Positions 60,219-64,000 of a DNA stretch of 64,000 nucleotides are shown one piece after another. The notes under the pieces were generated by a model, which was not told where the DNA came from, made no database searches, and saw nothing but the letters and a program-made list of their open reading frames with translations. Made by a program: the position numbers and the translations under genes. How positions within the stretch are numbered: the stretch's first letter is position 1; the number at the start of each line of letters is the position of its first letter. This DNA comes from a bacterium (GTDB lineage: Bacteria > UBA8248 > JACPRG01 > G963555815): positions 1 through 64,000 of the forward strand of contig CBDHDG010000003.1 in assembly GCA_965261595.1 (NCBI GenBank), given 5' to 3'.

Positions 60219-62441
60219 ATGTTCCAAACCCGTGTAGACCCCGTCACCTTTGAGGTTCTTCGACACCGGCTTTGGAGCATCAACAATGAAGCGGCCATCA
60301 CGTTGAAGCGGGTCTCCGGGTCCCCTGTGGCGACCGAGATCCAGGATTTCAATACGTCGCTTTGTACTTCCAACGGGCAAAACTTCATCGTTGGACCTTA
60401 CATCGTCTCCCACGGGGTCAGTCAGGGGATTCTGGTTGAGAACCTTCTCAAGGATTATCAGGAGAATCCTGGGATTCATGAAGGGGACGTCTTCGTTTCC
60501 AGCGACCCTTACCAGGGGGCCATGCACCAGAACGACGTGACCTGTCTCGCCCCCATTCACTGGCAAGGAGATCTCATCGCCTGGGCGGGCTCCACCATCC
60601 ACGAGATCGATGTCGGAGGGCCCGTTCTTGGAAGCCAAGCCAGCATCGGCGCCCAATCCATCTTCGGAGAAGGTCCGCCCATGTCCGCCCTCAAGATTGT
60701 GGAAGGGGGCGTATTTCGAAAAGATGTCGAGAGAGAATATCTCATTCGCTCTCGGACCCGCGAGCTGAACGCCCTGGATCTCCGGGCCAAGATTGCCGCT
60801 ACCAATGTGGCCAAAAAGAGGATTCACGAGGTCATCGAGAGATATGGGATCGAGACCCTGCAAGCCGTCATGGAGGACATCATCGACTACACGGAAGACC
60901 GCCTGCGAGCCCGGCTACGGGAGCTCCCCGACGGGGACTACCATCACGTGAGCTATCTGGATTACGACGACGGGGTGGAACAATTGGTCTACCCTTGCCG
61001 AATCAAAATGACCAAGGCGGGCGAAAGGCTGGTCTTTGATTTTGCCGGAACCGCCCCCCAGGCCCCCGCCGTCATCAACTGCGCCTATGCGGGTCTTGTC
61101 TCCGGAGTCGTCATCGCTGTCCTGGTCCACCTCTGCTATGACACCCCATGGTGTCCGGCTGGGGTCATGCGCGTGATCCGGATCGAAGCCGAGCCGGGGA
61201 CCATCGCTCATGCTTCCTGGCCCGCGGGCGTCAGCAAGGCGACAACGGCGGGGAGCTACACGGTGACCCATGCCGCAAGCGGCTGTATCACCAAGGTGCT
61301 GCTCTGTCACGAGGGCTATCGGAAAAATGCGATGGCCGCCTGGATGGGTCCCATGCCTACGCAAGAGCTCTTTGGGGTAGACGCGAATGGCGAGCCCTTC
61401 GGCCTGACCCTCCTCGACGGAATGGCTGGAGGGACCGGTGCCGGTCCCGATCACGACGGTGTGGATACGGGGGGATTCCTGCGGTCTCTCTCGGCCACCA
61501 TCTCGAACATCGAGACCCTCGAAGCCCGCTACCCCATCCTCTACCTTTACCGCCGCCAGCAAGTCGATACGGGCGGGGCGGGGACGTTCCGCGGCGGTGT
61601 CGGGGTCAGCACGATGTACACGCCCCACTTGGTCGAGGAGATCCACACCACCGTCCTCCACAGCCACTGTGTGATGCAACCCGAGGCGACAGGGATCTGC
61701 GGAGGGCTTCCATCGGCCACGAATGAATTTGCCATCGTCAGGGGATCGAGCGTCTGGGAGGAACTGGAGAATGGCCGGGTCCCCGGTGAGCTTGAATCCC
61801 TCGAGGGAGATTTGAATTTCCCGCCCTCCCTTTACATCAGTTCCCTGAAACGGGGAGATGTCTATCGGTGTGTCTCGACCGGGGGAGGGGGTTATGGAGA
61901 CCCGTTGCTCCGAGACCCGGAACGTGTGCTGAATGATTTCCTGTGCGGGCTGGTCTCCGCTGAGGCCGCCCGAACCCTTTACGGTGTGGTTCTGAATGCA
62001 AGGGGGAAACGTGTGGACATGGAAGGAACCTCGGACCTTCGGAATCAGCTCCGTGAGGCCAGACGGGACGCCGCCGGAGACGGAGGCCCCGGAACGGAGG
62101 CTTCCCGTCCGGGAACGCGGGCCCTTTCGCCGTCGGCACCCGGCGAGATCACCGCCACGTGTCTCGGCGAGTACCTGACCATCCGTCCTTCGAGTGAGGG
62201 GAAGGCAATCGTTTGCCGGGTGTGTGGTGAAGTCGTCTGTGCGGCGGCACCGGACTTCAAAGGCCGCCTGCTCTACGCTGAACTACCCCTTCAGGCTGCG
62301 GGTCCAAAGGTCTCTCCGCATGGCCGAGGCGAGGCCTTCTCGCTCCACGCCTATTATTGTCCTTCCTGCCTCACCCAGGTCCAAGTGGATGTGGCCCTGA
62401 AGGAAGAAGGCCCGATTGCCGACATGCAGCCGAAGCTCTGA
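60219..62441 (+). CDS. Hydantoinase/oxoprolinase subunit B with a C-terminal acetone-carboxylase-gamma-like domain
   Basis: DPVTFEVL, SDPY..MHQND, HEIDVGG, GGAGTFRGG, GGGGYGDP; tail CRVCG...YYCPSC. Confidence 0.9.
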   Translation: MFQTRVDPVTFEVLRHRLWSINNEAAITLKRVSGSPVATEIQDFNTSLCTSNGQNFIVGPYIVSHGVSQGILVENLLKDYQENPGIHEGDVFVSSDPYQGAMHQNDVTCLAPIHWQGDLIAWAGSTIHEIDVGGPVLGSQASIGAQSIFGEGPPMSALKIVEGGVFRKDVEREYLIRSRTRELNALDLRAKIAATNVAKKRIHEVIERYGIETLQAVMEDIIDYTEDRLRARLRELPDGDYHHVSYLDYDDGVEQLVYPCRIKMTKAGERLVFDFAGTAPQAPAVINCAYAGLVSGVVIAVLVHLCYDTPWCPAGVMRVIRIEAEPGTIAHASWPAGVSKATTAGSYTVTHAASGCITKVLLCHEGYRKNAMAAWMGPMPTQELFGVDANGEPFGLTLLDGMAGGTGAGPDHDGVDTGGFLRSLSATISNIETLEARYPILYLYRRQQVDTGGAGTFRGGVGVSTMYTPHLVEEIHTTVLHSHCVMQPEATGICGGLPSATNEFAIVRGSSVWEELENGRVPGELESLEGDLNFPPSLYISSLKRGDVYRCVSTGGGGYGDPLLRDPERVLNDFLCGLVSAEAARTLYGVVLNARGKRVDMEGTSDLRNQLREARRDAAGDGGPGTEASRPGTRALSPSAPGEITATCLGEYLTIRPSSEGKAIVCRVCGEVVCAAAPDFKGRLLYAELPLQAAGPKVSPHGRGEAFSLHAYYCPSCLTQVQVDVALKEEGPIADMQPKL

Positions 62442-62590
62442 ATACCGGGTTATGCGCCGGCAGGCTGCGAATCCGTAGAGCGACTTCCACAATTCCCGCG
62501 GAACGGCAGGGTGACCGGCAATGGGTGCGGCGCTGGATGGGAGCATTTTCCGTCCTGCTGATATCAAAGAGGAATACGAAAGGGGAGTGC

Positions 62591-63886
62591 ATGGGAACGG
62601 CTTCTGATGTTGACAAAGTCGTGTCTCTAATCCATCCGGAAGAGGTTGTTGATCTGGCCGTCGCGCTGGGCAACATCCCGAGCCCCAGCGGTGATGAGGA
62701 GGCTATTGGGGTTTTCTTATCGGAGTGGCTGAAGAAAGAGGGGTTTCAATCCTTTTCGCAATGCGCGGCGGAGGGCCGCAACAACATCATCGCGCGGATT
62801 CCGGGAAGCGGCGGGGGCAAGAGCTTGATCTTCAACGCGCACATGGACACATTCCTGTGGGCCCCCCACGATCTCTGGATAGAGGGCGAGGAAGAGCCGC
62901 ACTTCAACGGCGCGTGGGTCGATGGCGGCAAGGTCTACGGGCACGGCGTCGTCAACGACAAAGGACCGATGGCGGCCTTTCTCATCGCCGCCAAAGCCCT
63001 GCGCGAAAGCGGCGTCTCCATGGGAGGGGATGTAATCCTGACAATGGTCGTGGGAGAAATCGGGGGGGGCCCGATTGACGAATTCCAGGGACCCCGGCAT
63101 CTCGGGAAAGGTCTGGGCTCCAGGCATCTCGTCGATCACGGAATTTTCGCGGATTGCGCCCTGGTGGCCGAGACGACCGGGTTCGGGCTTGCCTGGGCCG
63201 AATGCGGCGCCCTCTACATCAAGATCACCACACGCGGAAAGAGGCTCTACACCCCGTACATCCAACGTCCTCACCCTCCCGAAGAGAGCCCCAACGCCCT
63301 GGTTCAAATGGCGAAACTCGTCCTGGCCATCGAGGAATGGGCGCTGGAATACGAACAAAAGAATGTGCTCCCCATCGAGAACGGTGAGATCCGGCCCAAG
63401 GCCGGCGTAGGGGCGATCAGGTCCGGCCTTCCTTTCCGGCCCTCCTGCTGTCCGGCCGTCTGCTCAAGCTATCTGGATGTGCGTCTCCTGCCGGGCGCGG
63501 ACCCCAAGCCGGTTCTGGAGGACCTTCGGTCCCTGGCGGGGAGGATAGGCGTTGGCGCCGAGTTCGAGGTTTATCTCCACCGGCGGGGATATATCGGGGA
63601 AAACATCGAACACCTGAGAGGGGCGATCGAGTCGGCCCACCGGCGCGTGTTCGGAACGACGCCCGGCGGCGTCTCCTCGCCGGTGACCAGCATGTGGAGG
63701 GATGTGAACGTGTTCAACGGCGCCGGAATTCCATCCATCACGTATGGTCCCGGCGCCGGGTCGGGCGGGGGGGCTACGTACTTGGAGGCGGAGGATTTGG
63801 TCCGCGCCTCACAGGTCTATGCCTTGACCGCGCTCTCGGCCTGTGGTGTAGGATCTCCTCCGGTGGGGGGGCGATTCCCAACCTGA
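62591..63886 (+). CDS. M20 (ArgE/DapE-like) metallohydrolase
   Basis: SPSGDE, FNAHMDT, YGHGVVNDKG, VAET, DVR, YGPG. Confidence 0.88.
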   Translation: MGTASDVDKVVSLIHPEEVVDLAVALGNIPSPSGDEEAIGVFLSEWLKKEGFQSFSQCAAEGRNNIIARIPGSGGGKSLIFNAHMDTFLWAPHDLWIEGEEEPHFNGAWVDGGKVYGHGVVNDKGPMAAFLIAAKALRESGVSMGGDVILTMVVGEIGGGPIDEFQGPRHLGKGLGSRHLVDHGIFADCALVAETTGFGLAWAECGALYIKITTRGKRLYTPYIQRPHPPEESPNALVQMAKLVLAIEEWALEYEQKNVLPIENGEIRPKAGVGAIRSGLPFRPSCCPAVCSSYLDVRLLPGADPKPVLEDLRSLAGRIGVGAEFEVYLHRRGYIGENIEHLRGAIESAHRRVFGTTPGGVSSPVTSMWRDVNVFNGAGIPSITYGPGAGSGGGATYLEAEDLVRASQVYALTALSACGVGSPPVGGRFPT

Positions 63887-64000
63887 CTTAGATTCCGAAA
63901 GGTGCTTTGTGTTAATCTTGGAAACCTATTTGCGTGGTCTTGTCGTGACAGGTCGTCACGGCTTCTCATGAAATCGGCCTGTTGCCGGAACCATCGTGGG

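Noticed and set aside
1..64000. CRISPR array, tRNA or rRNA genes
   Set aside because: No regularly spaced short repeats or recognisable structural RNA genes seen by eye; a tRNAscan/Infernal run would be needed to exclude them fully.

Overview
Positions 1-53 kb are a heavily IS-fragmented integrated conjugative element or plasmid-derived island; 54-64 kb looks like a chromosomal N-heterocycle/amide catabolic region. From left to right: (1) an F-type transfer module (traN partial, traF, traH, traG, a convergent membrane ORF, traD, MOBF relaxase traI); (2) a cargo zone of largely broken nuclease/defence-type genes (intact NYN RNase behind a structured leader RNA, PGN_0703-like and PD-(D/E)XK nucleases, sacsin-like/DUF3883 protein, AAA ATPase) plus two amidohydrolases; (3) a plasmid leading-region-like block (RHH, DUF2493, DUF4326, toprim, truncated ssb); (4) an NCS2 permease with an unusual C-terminal domain; (5) a shattered CBASS locus with a DncV-like cyclase, an E2-like gene and the C-terminus of a second, CdnE-like cyclase that is missing from the ORF track; (6) an SMC-like ATPase fragment and two tandem tyrosine integrases. 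There are five near-identical copies of a 1404-bp IS3-family element (one with a chimeric end), plus other IS3, IS1595, IS110, IS1380, IS256, IS481 and IS5 elements or relics and an IS66-type MITE. The best leads are the two-cyclase + E2 CBASS relic and the promoter-hairpin RNA-terminator-NYN unit (type III TA-like). All family calls come from recognising motifs by eye; no database searches were run.
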